Positions 18,490 to 27,282 of a stretch of DNA of 64,000 bases are shown here, piece by piece. A model generated the notes under the pieces. It did not search any database and was not told where the DNA came from. It saw only the letters and a list, made by a program, of their open reading frames with translations. Source of the stretch: a bacterium. Its GTDB lineage: Bacteria > Margulisbacteria > Marinamargulisbacteria > GCA-2716485 > JAYNIM01. The stretch covers positions 363,365 to 427,364 of the forward strand of contig JAYNIM010000001.1 of assembly GCA_038109055.1 (NCBI GenBank), given 5' to 3'. Position numbers and translations under genes: made by a program. Every line of letters begins with the position of its first letter. Position 1 is the stretch's first letter.

Positions 18490-19293
18490 ATGAACAATAA
18501 CTCCCCTGATCCCATCACTGATTTATTTGAAATTTCTGGTAAAACATTTTCTTCACGTCTATTAATAGGGACGGGAAAGTATGCCTCAAATCCCTTAATG
18601 AAAGAAGCTATTTTAGCTTCAGGTGCAGAAATTGTTACAACCGCTATTCGACGCGTTGATTTAGATAATAAACAAGATCCTTTTGTTACGCATATATCCC
18701 CGGATGACTTTGTATTTTTAGGCAATACGTCCGGAGCACGAGATGCTGATGAAGCGCTTCGCTTGGCCCACGCTATTCGTGCATCGGGTATTTCTAATTG
18801 GATCAAACTTGAGGTTATTCCCGACCCTCGCTATCTTATGCCTGATCCAGTTGAAACATTTATTGCCGCAGAACGCTTGATTAAAGAAGGCTTTATTGTC
18901 TTTCCTTATATTCATGCAGACCCCGTATTAGCTAAAAAATTAGAAGATGTTGGCTGTGCAACTGTTATGCCTTTAGCCTCTCCCATTGGCTCTAATCAAG
19001 GTTTAAAAATGGCATACATGATCCAACTGATCATTGATCAGTCCAATGTACCGGTTATTATCGATGCGGGTATTGGTTGTCCATCTGATGCTGTAAAAGT
19101 GATGGAAATGGGTGCGGATGCAGTCATGATTAATACGGCTATTGCCACGGCACAAAATCCAGTGGGTATGGCTGAAAGTTTTAAATGGGCTGTCCACTCT
19201 GGTCGTCAGGCTTTTCTTTCAGGCCTGCCATCTTCTGGTACGGCAGCTGCGTCCTCGCCTCTAACTGACTTCCTAACCCCCTCATGTTCCTAA
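18490..19293 (+). CDS. thiG: Thiazole synthase
   Basis: SRLLIGTGKY, NTSG, WIKLEVI, MPLASPIGSNQG, DAGIG.PSDA, ASSP. True start is likely ATG 18490. Confidence 0.97.
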   Translation: MNNNSPDPITDLFEISGKTFSSRLLIGTGKYASNPLMKEAILASGAEIVTTAIRRVDLDNKQDPFVTHISPDDFVFLGNTSGARDADEALRLAHAIRASGISNWIKLEVIPDPRYLMPDPVETFIAAERLIKEGFIVFPYIHADPVLAKKLEDVGCATVMPLASPIGSNQGLKMAYMIQLIIDQSNVPVIIDAGIGCPSDAVKVMEMGADAVMINTAIATAQNPVGMAESFKWAVHSGRQAFLSGLPSSGTAAASSPLTDFLTPSCS

Positions 19294-20396
19294 ATCATTT
19301 TTCTGAAGATCATACCCATAAACTTGTGGTTGAGTCCATTAAAACTAAATCAATCTATGTTGAACAATTACGCCACAAACCTTCTTTTACGCTGACTGAT
19401 CTACCTGCCCTCCTTTCTCCTGCAGCTCAGCAATATTTAGACTCTTTTGCTCATCGCAGTCAGGCGCTGACCCGTCAGTATTTTGGGCATAGTATCCAAC
19501 TTTTTGCTCCCTTATATTTATCTAATGAGTGTTATAACCATTGCAGTTACTGTGGGTTTGGGATTCAACATCGTTATGAACGAAAAACATTAACTGATAC
19601 AGAAATACTGAGGGAAGGTCGCTATTTAGCTCAGCGTGGTTTTTCTCATATTTTGTTACTTACTGGCGAAGCACCTAAAACGGTGGGTGTTGATTATATT
19701 TCTCATGCTATTCGTTTATTAAAGCCGCTTTTTTCATCTATTGGCGTTGAGATACAACCCTTGTCTTTACACGACTATCAACAACTTCGTCATGCTGGAG
19801 CAGACCACCTTACCTTATATCAAGAAACTTATCATCTTGATACCTACAAAAAGCATCATCTTTCTGGCTTTAAACGTGATTATTCTAAGAGACTTATTGC
19901 CTTGGAAGATGGTGCTAAAGCTGGTTTCCATTCCATTAATATAGGTGCTTTACTTGGTTTATATGATTGGCGTTTTGAAGGACTTTCTTTAGCTCAACAT
20001 CTCAATTATTTAATGAAAAAATACTGGAAAACACATTATCTACTTTCTTTTCCACGTATTACTAAAATGGTGGGTAGTTTCTCTGTTCCTTACGTATGTA
20101 GTGATGCGGATCTTTGTCAGCTTATCTTTTCGTTTCGACTCCTTTTTCCAGATTGTGGCATTACCTTATCTACACGAGAACCTGCGTCACTGAGAGATGG
20201 GCTTTTACCTTTAGGCATTAGTATGATGTCAGCAGAGTCTTCGACCTCACCGGGAGGCTACACTGGCAATAAATCAAATGCTCAATTTGATACCCATGAT
20301 CAGCGTAGTATCCATGATATATCCACACTTATTTTAAACTGTGGCTTAGATCCTATGTTAAAAAACTGGGATCGATCAATCTCTCCTGCTCTTTAA
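19284..20396 (+). CDS. thiH: 2-iminoacetate synthase (radical SAM)
   Basis: FAPLYLSNEC...C.YCGF, LLLTGE, YQETY, LSTRE, S.T.PGGY, QF...D.RS; follows thiG. Confidence 0.95.
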   Translation: MFLNHFSEDHTHKLVVESIKTKSIYVEQLRHKPSFTLTDLPALLSPAAQQYLDSFAHRSQALTRQYFGHSIQLFAPLYLSNECYNHCSYCGFGIQHRYERKTLTDTEILREGRYLAQRGFSHILLLTGEAPKTVGVDYISHAIRLLKPLFSSIGVEIQPLSLHDYQQLRHAGADHLTLYQETYHLDTYKKHHLSGFKRDYSKRLIALEDGAKAGFHSINIGALLGLYDWRFEGLSLAQHLNYLMKKYWKTHYLLSFPRITKMVGSFSVPYVCSDADLCQLIFSFRLLFPDCGITLSTREPASLRDGLLPLGISMMSAESSTSPGGYTGNKSNAQFDTHDQRSIHDISTLILNCGLDPMLKNWDRSISPAL

Positions 20397-21106
20397 TGAA
20401 AGGTTGTAAATGAAATTTTTGTTCCGTCATTATTTTTTAGAACATATTTAGTACTTCGGCCGGATCCTTCTTGTTTTATATAGCCTTTTGTGACTAAGTC
20501 TACAAGCTCAAGGTGGGCTGTTTTATGAGAAACTTTACAAAGATCTCTGTATGTTTTATTTTGAATTTCTTGCTCTTTTTTTAAAAAACCCAATGCTTCG
20601 TGTTGTCTTTTATTAATATTTTTTATTGCTTTTTCTTTGCTAGTTGGGCTATTTGATTCTTTTTTGTTTTTATCTTCTGTTTTCTTGATTTCTACGATTG
20701 ATTTTTGGGATGGATTAAATTTATTTTCAAGAATCGCTAATCGAGGTTTTTGACTATCCTTGTCAAGGACATAGCATAAATTCTTATAATAACAGGGACG
20801 CTGATTACTCCGCTTTACTTTGATTACTATAAGTGTTTTACTGTCTTTTTTTATTTCTACAATCTGATAATTAATGCTTGGCTTGATGTATTTTTCGCTA
20901 TGTTTTTTCACCCAATCTTTGTTTTGCTTGGTTCCGGTTAAATGTAAATTTTTAATATCTACGCCGATGACAATTTGACCCCCTTCCACATTTGCGTAGG
21001 CGGTCATATAGGCTCCTAGGTCGTCAAACTTTTCAACATCATTAAAAAATTTTATATTGTATTCAACGTTTCTATTTATTAGTTGAACTACCTGTTGCCA
21101 TTTCAT
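20393..21106 (-). CDS. AlbA_2 (Schlafen-like) domain fused to a C-terminal winged HTH
   Basis: AYAN.EGG.IVIGVD in the N-terminal domain; RQ..AL.FL.....I.N..YR.L..VS..TA...L..LV..G....G.GRSTKY in the C-terminal domain. Confidence 0.8.
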   Translation of the reverse strand: MKWQQVVQLINRNVEYNIKFFNDVEKFDDLGAYMTAYANVEGGQIVIGVDIKNLHLTGTKQNKDWVKKHSEKYIKPSINYQIVEIKKDSKTLIVIKVKRSNQRPCYYKNLCYVLDKDSQKPRLAILENKFNPSQKSIVEIKKTEDKNKKESNSPTSKEKAIKNINKRQHEALGFLKKEQEIQNKTYRDLCKVSHKTAHLELVDLVTKGYIKQEGSGRSTKYVLKNNDGTKISFTTFH

Positions 21107-21290
21107 TTTTTCTCCTTATGATTTTAATTTTAATCCTTTTGTCATAAATAGCGTCTTTTTTTAAATAATACTCAATATTTTTCTAATAAACAATTTTTTT
21201 ATCCTTTTTAACTGATTATCATGTAACTTTAGACTTTTATCAACGATGTCTTGATTTATTTCTCTCTTTTAATGATACTATTTTCAGGTT

Positions 21291-22571
21291 ATGAATTCTA
21301 TTCAACGTTTATTAATCATTGGTAGTGGAGGCAGAGAGCACGCAATAGGGCTGTGTTTAAAAAAACAATCTCCAGACCTTTCTCTTTTTTTTGCTCCAGG
21401 TAATGCCGGTACATCTCTTATCGGTAAAAATATTCCTATTAAAGACACTCAGCTCCCAGAACTTCTTCACTTTGTAAAAGAGACTCATATTGATTTGACA
21501 TTTGTGGGCCCTGAGGCGCCTCTGGTATTGGGCATTGTTGATTTATTCGAGTCAGAGGGACTTTGTATTATTGGCCCTAGTCGTGAAGCTGCTCAACTAG
21601 AGGGCTCTAAAGAGTGGGCTAAAAAATTCATGCAACGACATGGGATCCCGAGTGCAGATTATGCCTCTTTTACATCCTTTGATAAGGCCCTCTCTTATTT
21701 AAAAACGCAATCATTACCAATCGTTATTAAAGCAGATGGCTTGGCTGCTGGTAAGGGTGTTAGTGTTTGCAGTACTTTTTCAGAAGCTGAACAAGCCTTA
21801 TCTGACTGTTTACTTGAAAATAAATTCAACTCTTCCGGTCAACGCGTGTTGATTGAATCCTTTATGGAAGGTCAAGAAGCCTCTATTTTTGCCTTTACTG
21901 ATGGCCACTCCTTTACCCCTATGTTGGCCTGCCAAGATCACAAACAAATCCATGATGGAGATAAAGGACCCAATACGGGTGGCATGGGTGCATATTGTCC
22001 AGCCCCCATCGTGACACCTGAGATCTTTTCTTTTGTATCGACACATATTTTTCAACCGTTAGTGTCTGGATTTGCCAAAGAGGGTATTGCCTATACCGGT
22101 ATTATTTATGCTGGATTAATGATACATGGTGATCAGGTACGCGTGGTTGAATTTAATGTGCGTTTTGGAGATCCTGAAACGCAGGTGATTTTACCCTTGC
22201 TTAAGACTCATTTAGCGGATATTTTTAACGCTATTTCTACGCGTCGTCTCTCTGAACTCACCATTGAGTGGTCTGAGAATTCTGCTGTGTGTGTGGTGTT
22301 GGCTTCTAAGGGCTACCCGACTTCCTCATCCAATAATGAAGTCATTCATGGCTTGGATACTGTTTCTGACTTTAAAACAGCTCATATTGTTCATGCAGGT
22401 ACCGTATTAGATGATGACGATACTATTCTCAGTCATGGTGGTCGTGTCTTAGCGGTTGTTAATGTTGATAAAACCTTAGCTCCTTCAATTAAAGGATGTT
22501 ATAAGGCCCTATCTAATGTTCACTTCAAAGGATGTCAGTTTCGTCGTGATATTGGCCAGAAAGCTCTATGA
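21291..22571 (+). CDS. purD: Phosphoribosylamine-glycine ligase
   Basis: GSGGREHA, VGPEAPL, KADGLAAGKGV, QDHK, GPNTGGMG, EFNVRFGDPETQ. Confidence 0.98.
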   Translation: MNSIQRLLIIGSGGREHAIGLCLKKQSPDLSLFFAPGNAGTSLIGKNIPIKDTQLPELLHFVKETHIDLTFVGPEAPLVLGIVDLFESEGLCIIGPSREAAQLEGSKEWAKKFMQRHGIPSADYASFTSFDKALSYLKTQSLPIVIKADGLAAGKGVSVCSTFSEAEQALSDCLLENKFNSSGQRVLIESFMEGQEASIFAFTDGHSFTPMLACQDHKQIHDGDKGPNTGGMGAYCPAPIVTPEIFSFVSTHIFQPLVSGFAKEGIAYTGIIYAGLMIHGDQVRVVEFNVRFGDPETQVILPLLKTHLADIFNAISTRRLSELTIEWSENSAVCVVLASKGYPTSSSNNEVIHGLDTVSDFKTAHIVHAGTVLDDDDTILSHGGRVLAVVNVDKTLAPSIKGCYKALSNVHFKGCQFRRDIGQKAL

Positions 22572-23177
22572 GCCTGTTCTTAAAAGTTGAAATGTCCCAT
22601 GATAAGATTCCCTATTTTCTTTGAGAGAAAAATTAGCCCAATGACTCTTGTATAAAGTTTGCCAAAACACGTCTTTATCTATACAAACAAAGTTATTTTT
22701 CTCCATACATTCTTTCTGATAGTCCCATAGTTCCTTAACATCTGTAGATATATAGACTCTTCCATCCTTTTTTAATTTTTTCTTCAAAATAGTACAAAAT
22801 TCGTGGTTAATTACTCGTCGTTTTTGCTGCCTTTTTTTGAACCAAGGATCTGGATGAAAAATAAACACTTTTTCTAGGCTTTTATCTTGTAACGCATTTT
22901 GAACAAAGGCTACACCATTCCCATGAAACACTTTTAAATTGTCTAATGTTTCTGTTGCTTTCTTTTCTAAATTCTCAACCAGGGCTTTTCGTACTTCTAT
23001 TCCTAAAATATTTCTATGTTGATGTTCTTTTGCATAGGCCTGAATAAAAACACCTCGGCCAAATCCTATTTCAATATCCAATGGTTTTTTTTCATTCTCA
23101 AAATAATTACTTAATCTTAGTTCTTCCCACTTGTGCCTGAAACTAAGGGGATTGACATGATTTCTTATTCGTTTCAT
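22566..23177 (-). CDS. trmB: tRNA (guanine-N7)-methyltransferase
   Basis: R.HVNPL, EIGFGRG, LGIEVR, PDPWFKKR..KRR, TDV. Confidence 0.93.
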   Translation of the reverse strand: MKRIRNHVNPLSFRHKWEELRLSNYFENEKKPLDIEIGFGRGVFIQAYAKEHQHRNILGIEVRKALVENLEKKATETLDNLKVFHGNGVAFVQNALQDKSLEKVFIFHPDPWFKKRQQKRRVINHEFCTILKKKLKKDGRVYISTDVKELWDYQKECMEKNNFVCIDKDVFWQTLYKSHWANFSLKENRESYHGTFQLLRTGS

Positions 23178-23261
23178 AGTCTTTAGTTTATAATAAATTA
23201 GATATATTTAGCTATATTTGTTAAAGTAGATGACATTTTTAAGAATGTAAAAAAATACTTT

Positions 23262-24533
23262 ATGCATCATCAAAGAGATTATTTACTTCAATTTATTACG
23301 ACAAATCATAAGATCATCCGTGATTGGATAACAGATAATATTGGACAGGAGAATATCCCTATTTATAGCTCTGTTGATATTCGTGATGCTGGATTTAAAA
23401 GCGCTGTTGTTGATACTAACTTTTTTCCATCTGGCTTTAATAATTTATGTTCAAAAGCACTCTTAAAAGCAGCCCCATTATTATCTACAGCGTTAAAAAC
23501 GCGTTATCCAAATGTTTCTAAAGTTGGGCTCATCATTGAACCACATACTCGTAATTCTTTTTATCTTGATCACGTCTGGCAGTTACTGTCTTTATTTAAA
23601 TCTGCTGGATTAGATATTCAAGTGGCTACTTTTATGGAAAACTTACCCGGGGAGGGTCTTGAAATAGGCTTATCCGATAACCGTCACTTTCGTGTGATTC
23701 CCTTTCGTCACTTATTATCCACATTTTCGCCTGATCTATTATTTTTAAATCATGATCTGAGTCAAGGGATACCCACTGAACTTCGTTCTTGTCACTTACC
23801 TATTATTCCTTCCTTAAATAGCGGATGGCACCAACGCCTTAAATCGAAACACTTTTTTTATTTAAATCGTGTCATTGATATATTCTCAAAGCACGTTGGA
23901 ATTGATCCTTGGTTATTGCAGTGTTGTTTTAAAAAATTTGATGCTATTTCCATACAAAACCCGGAAGATTGTTCCCTTTTAGCGGATGCTGCGTCTGACC
24001 TTTTTAAGCAGATTAATAGTCACTATCAACGATATAAAATAGATCAAAAGCCCTTTTTATTCTTAAAGGCGGATTCAGGTACCTATGGTATGGGGGTTTA
24101 TCCAATTGAATCTCCAGATGAACTTTGCCAATTGAATCGTAAAGCAAGAAATAAATTATCTATGGGTAAATATCGTGTCCCTATTACACGTTATATTTTG
24201 CAAGAGGGTGTTCCTAGCATTACCAATGTTGGTCACAGTGTGGGTGAAGCCTGCCTTTACCATATTGAATCCGAATGTATTGGTGCATTCTATCGTCTTA
24301 ATCAGCGTAAAAATAACCGGCAGAATCTCAATGCAACTGGCATGTCTTTTCGTAAAATATGTGCTGATCTGCAGACCCCTTGTACCCTTAATACAGGGAT
24401 TGATACTTGTGGCGAGTCCCCACACACTCATCTATCTTTTTACCAATTACTTGGTCAGCTAGCTGTAATTGCAGCAAAAGATGAACTTATTGATTTGGAA
24501 ATTCAAGCCACTAGTAGGCAGGTTAGGGTTTAA
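23262..24533 (+). CDS. gshA: Glutamate-cysteine ligase, GshA (ATP-grasp/PF08886-type)
   Basis: YSSVDIRDAGFK...VDTN.FP.GFNNL, E.HTRN.FY, KADSGTYGMG, QEGV, NLNA.GM.F; directly upstream of gshB. Confidence 0.9.
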   Translation: MHHQRDYLLQFITTNHKIIRDWITDNIGQENIPIYSSVDIRDAGFKSAVVDTNFFPSGFNNLCSKALLKAAPLLSTALKTRYPNVSKVGLIIEPHTRNSFYLDHVWQLLSLFKSAGLDIQVATFMENLPGEGLEIGLSDNRHFRVIPFRHLLSTFSPDLLFLNHDLSQGIPTELRSCHLPIIPSLNSGWHQRLKSKHFFYLNRVIDIFSKHVGIDPWLLQCCFKKFDAISIQNPEDCSLLADAASDLFKQINSHYQRYKIDQKPFLFLKADSGTYGMGVYPIESPDELCQLNRKARNKLSMGKYRVPITRYILQEGVPSITNVGHSVGEACLYHIESECIGAFYRLNQRKNNRQNLNATGMSFRKICADLQTPCTLNTGIDTCGESPHTHLSFYQLLGQLAVIAAKDELIDLEIQATSRQVRV

Positions 24534-24534
24534 T

Positions 24535-25473
24535 ATGCGCTTTGTATTTTTAATGGACCCTATTGAAACTATTGTCTACCAAAAAGACACCACCTATGCC
24601 TTAATGTGTGCTGCTAATTTAGCAGGCCACTCGTGCTATTATCTCGCTCCTGAAGGGATTCTTTTAGGTCATCAAGGTCTACGCTTTATTCTTAAAGAAA
24701 TTATGGCTGTACGTGGTCACGCCCCTTCTTATAAAGAAGATCTACCTATCATTCTTGATCAAGATGAAATACATGCTCTCTTTATTCGTCTGGACCCACC
24801 CTTTAACTCGACCTACATGACATGTACCTGGTTGCTTGATCGCTTACCTTCTAAGGTGTTTGTTTGCAATAATCCCAATGCTGTCCGAACAGCTCAGGAA
24901 AAAACCTGGCTTTTACAGTTTCCTGATCTTGTACCCCCTACTTTAATTGCGTCAAACTGTCGTGAACTTTTAAATTTTTCAACTCAATTTGAGCAAATTG
25001 TACTTAAACCCTATGATCAATTTGCTGGCCATGGTGTTTTTTCTTTTAGCTCTCAAGATTCTAATCTTAAGGTAGCGATTGAAGTTTTGACTAATCGAGG
25101 AACCAACCCCTGTATTCTTCAGCCCTTTATTCCAGAGGCTGATACTGGAGATAAACGTATATTATTACTTAATGGGGAACCTTTAGGGGCTGTACTTCGA
25201 AAACATTCTGCCACAGATCATCGTAATAATTTTTTCGCTGGAGGAGAGGCTCTTCCCTGTACGCTTAATGAGCGTGATTATTATATTATTCATTCTATTA
25301 AAGAAACGCTTAAAAAGTTGGGCCTATATTTTGTTGGTATTGATATATTAGGTGATTATCTTGTAGAGATTAATGTCACATCCCCTACCTGTCTTCAGGA
25401 AATGATGGCTCTAGAAAACAAAGATCTTTCAAAGGATGTTATTGAGTTTGTTTATAGTCGCTGTAAACGTTAA
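24535..25473 (+). CDS. gshB: Glutathione synthetase
   Basis: F.MDP, KDTT, R.DPPF, EK, GDKRILL.NG, FVGIDI.G..L.EINVTSPT. Start at ATG 24535. Confidence 0.95.
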   Translation: MRFVFLMDPIETIVYQKDTTYALMCAANLAGHSCYYLAPEGILLGHQGLRFILKEIMAVRGHAPSYKEDLPIILDQDEIHALFIRLDPPFNSTYMTCTWLLDRLPSKVFVCNNPNAVRTAQEKTWLLQFPDLVPPTLIASNCRELLNFSTQFEQIVLKPYDQFAGHGVFSFSSQDSNLKVAIEVLTNRGTNPCILQPFIPEADTGDKRILLLNGEPLGAVLRKHSATDHRNNFFAGGEALPCTLNERDYYIIHSIKETLKKLGLYFVGIDILGDYLVEINVTSPTCLQEMMALENKDLSKDVIEFVYSRCKR

Positions 25474-25988
25474 TCGTCTTTTTGTACAGCTAACTTTTTC
25501 TCTGCCTCTAAAATCATCTTTTTAGGCACCCCTACCATCACGTATACGTGATAATGTGTGTCAACACCTTTTTTATCGTTTAGTGTTTCTATTTTTTCCC
25601 AATAGTGGCCTTTCTCTTCTGCATGTTTTATAGATGCTTTTGATACTACTCTTATATAATTATTTACTAATAATTGCGCAGATTCTCCTTTATTTTTATA
25701 GGCCTCTTTCGACTGAAACTTTGTTGTGGCTTTGGCGTTAATAAAATGACTTACTTTGCTCAACGCTACCTTATATGCCAAACGATCTGTTGGTGTTGGT
25801 GATAAAATATCTCCGACAAAATAAACATAGTGCTTGTCTTTTTTAGGAGGACGTTTGACCCACTTTGGTTTTTTATTTTCACTTCGCTCTACAATTCTTG
25901 ATTGTCCTATGTAAGTTAATTTCTGTTCACATCCACCCAATGTTAATACTATGCTAATTAAGATCAAAAAGTGTATTTTTTTTTTCAT
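25470..25988 (-). CDS. LPP20-like lipoprotein (paralog of 47296..47919)
   Basis: Lipobox LGGC; KP.W, YFVG, AY.VALSKVS, YWEK. Confidence 0.7.
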   Translation of the reverse strand: MKKKIHFLILISIVLTLGGCEQKLTYIGQSRIVERSENKKPKWVKRPPKKDKHYVYFVGDILSPTPTDRLAYKVALSKVSHFINAKATTKFQSKEAYKNKGESAQLLVNNYIRVVSKASIKHAEEKGHYWEKIETLNDKKGVDTHYHVYVMVGVPKKMILEAEKKLAVQKDD

Positions 25989-25998
25989 TTCTCTCCTT

Positions 25999-27282
25999 TT
26001 AATGTAATGTTTTTATTAATTTTACTGCTGTTATTTCTAATCCCTTAATTCCTTGCTCTATTGCTGTTAATTTGTCTTTTTCTACAGCACGATTATAAAA
26101 TTGACACTTTTTATTTTTGTATCGTATTTCTATATTAGCAATACACTCATATATACGACGATAATAACTGGCAAAAATACTTGATGTATCGACTTTAACT
26201 ATTATTTTTAAATTACTTGACTCGTTCATCTTTAGCTTGACCCCAATGTCTTTAAAGGCTTGATTAATTTTTCTTTTTAGTTCTTTTTTATCTATATTGG
26301 TTATATCTCTCCCCTCTATTAGTAATTTACACGTTACTTCTTGTTTTAACGCCTCTGTAATATTTACCTGTGCTTTGGCATCAATATTTAATTGATTTTG
26401 TAATAAGGTTCTTTTGTATTTTGGTAATGCACCTATCCCTTTTATATGTAGTTTTGCTATCACAGTCCCTGACTCTTCGGGATACATTGGTTCTTGGTAG
26501 TAAATCTCCCCTTTTTGATTGGTTTTTTCTTTTTTATGCTGGCCTGCTTGCTTGCAATCTATGTCTATATTTGGGAGAGCCTTATTTTTATATGTTAATT
26601 TAAAGATAATTGGTTGTTTAGGTGCTTGGCCTAAAGGAACTTTTTGTTTATTTCCTTCTTTAATTTCTAACTTAATATCCTGAAGAATTTGCTTTATTGC
26701 TAATTCTAAATCAAAAGGAGTAAATGTTAATCTTTTTCGTTCATCTTCACTACCTAAGCTAATAAGTAAGGATTCGCTTTCTTTTAACTGTTCATACTTT
26801 TGTATTAATATACTTAACATTTCTATGCGTAAAAATGGTTGTTCTGTTAGTTTATTTGTAAATTTAAATACTTGTTGTATTTGTGAGTAAGTCTGTTTGT
26901 ACTGATTTATTAATTGGGATTTATAGTTTTTTTTATTTAATCCCAGTAATACATACACCTTATTATTACTTTCTTCTTGTTTTAAAATTTCTAAACCATG
27001 TAATTTTATTTTACTACGACTTTTGACTGATAGCTTATTTTCTTGCTTCATTCGTTTGTTATTTTGATAGTGTTGTGAAAAACTTTCGTTAACGTCTAGT
27101 TCAACTTTTAGTTGAGTAGCTATGTTTGTTTGAGCTTCTTTTTGGGCTTGTTTTAGGCTTTGCCCACTTCCATACCCCAACCAATAATCTTTTTTTTCTG
27201 TGTGTTTTAAATACCAATGAGGATCTGTTGCAAAAAGACAACTAATTATAAGAAGTTTAAATAAGAATAATTTAATCCACAT
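25999..27282 (-). CDS. Secreted LPP20-domain protein with helical and Ig-like C-terminal regions
   Basis: Signal peptide; P.WY....Y..GYG.G.....A...A...IA.QL.V and YVL..L motifs. Confidence 0.65.
   Translation of the reverse strand: MWIKLFLFKLLIISCLFATDPHWYLKHTEKKDYWLGYGSGQSLKQAQKEAQTNIATQLKVELDVNESFSQHYQNNKRMKQENKLSVKSRSKIKLHGLEILKQEESNNKVYVLLGLNKKNYKSQLINQYKQTYSQIQQVFKFTNKLTEQPFLRIEMLSILIQKYEQLKESESLLISLGSEDERKRLTFTPFDLELAIKQILQDIKLEIKEGNKQKVPLGQAPKQPIIFKLTYKNKALPNIDIDCKQAGQHKKEKTNQKGEIYYQEPMYPEESGTVIAKLHIKGIGALPKYKRTLLQNQLNIDAKAQVNITEALKQEVTCKLLIEGRDITNIDKKELKRKINQAFKDIGVKLKMNESSNLKIIVKVDTSSIFASYYRRIYECIANIEIRYKNKKCQFYNRAVEKDKLTAIEQGIKGLEITAVKLIKTLH

Noticed and set aside
24469..24534. N-terminal extension of GshB in the ORF track
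   Set aside because: Overlaps gshA; ATG 24535 immediately follows the gshA stop and matches the family start (MRFVFLMDP).
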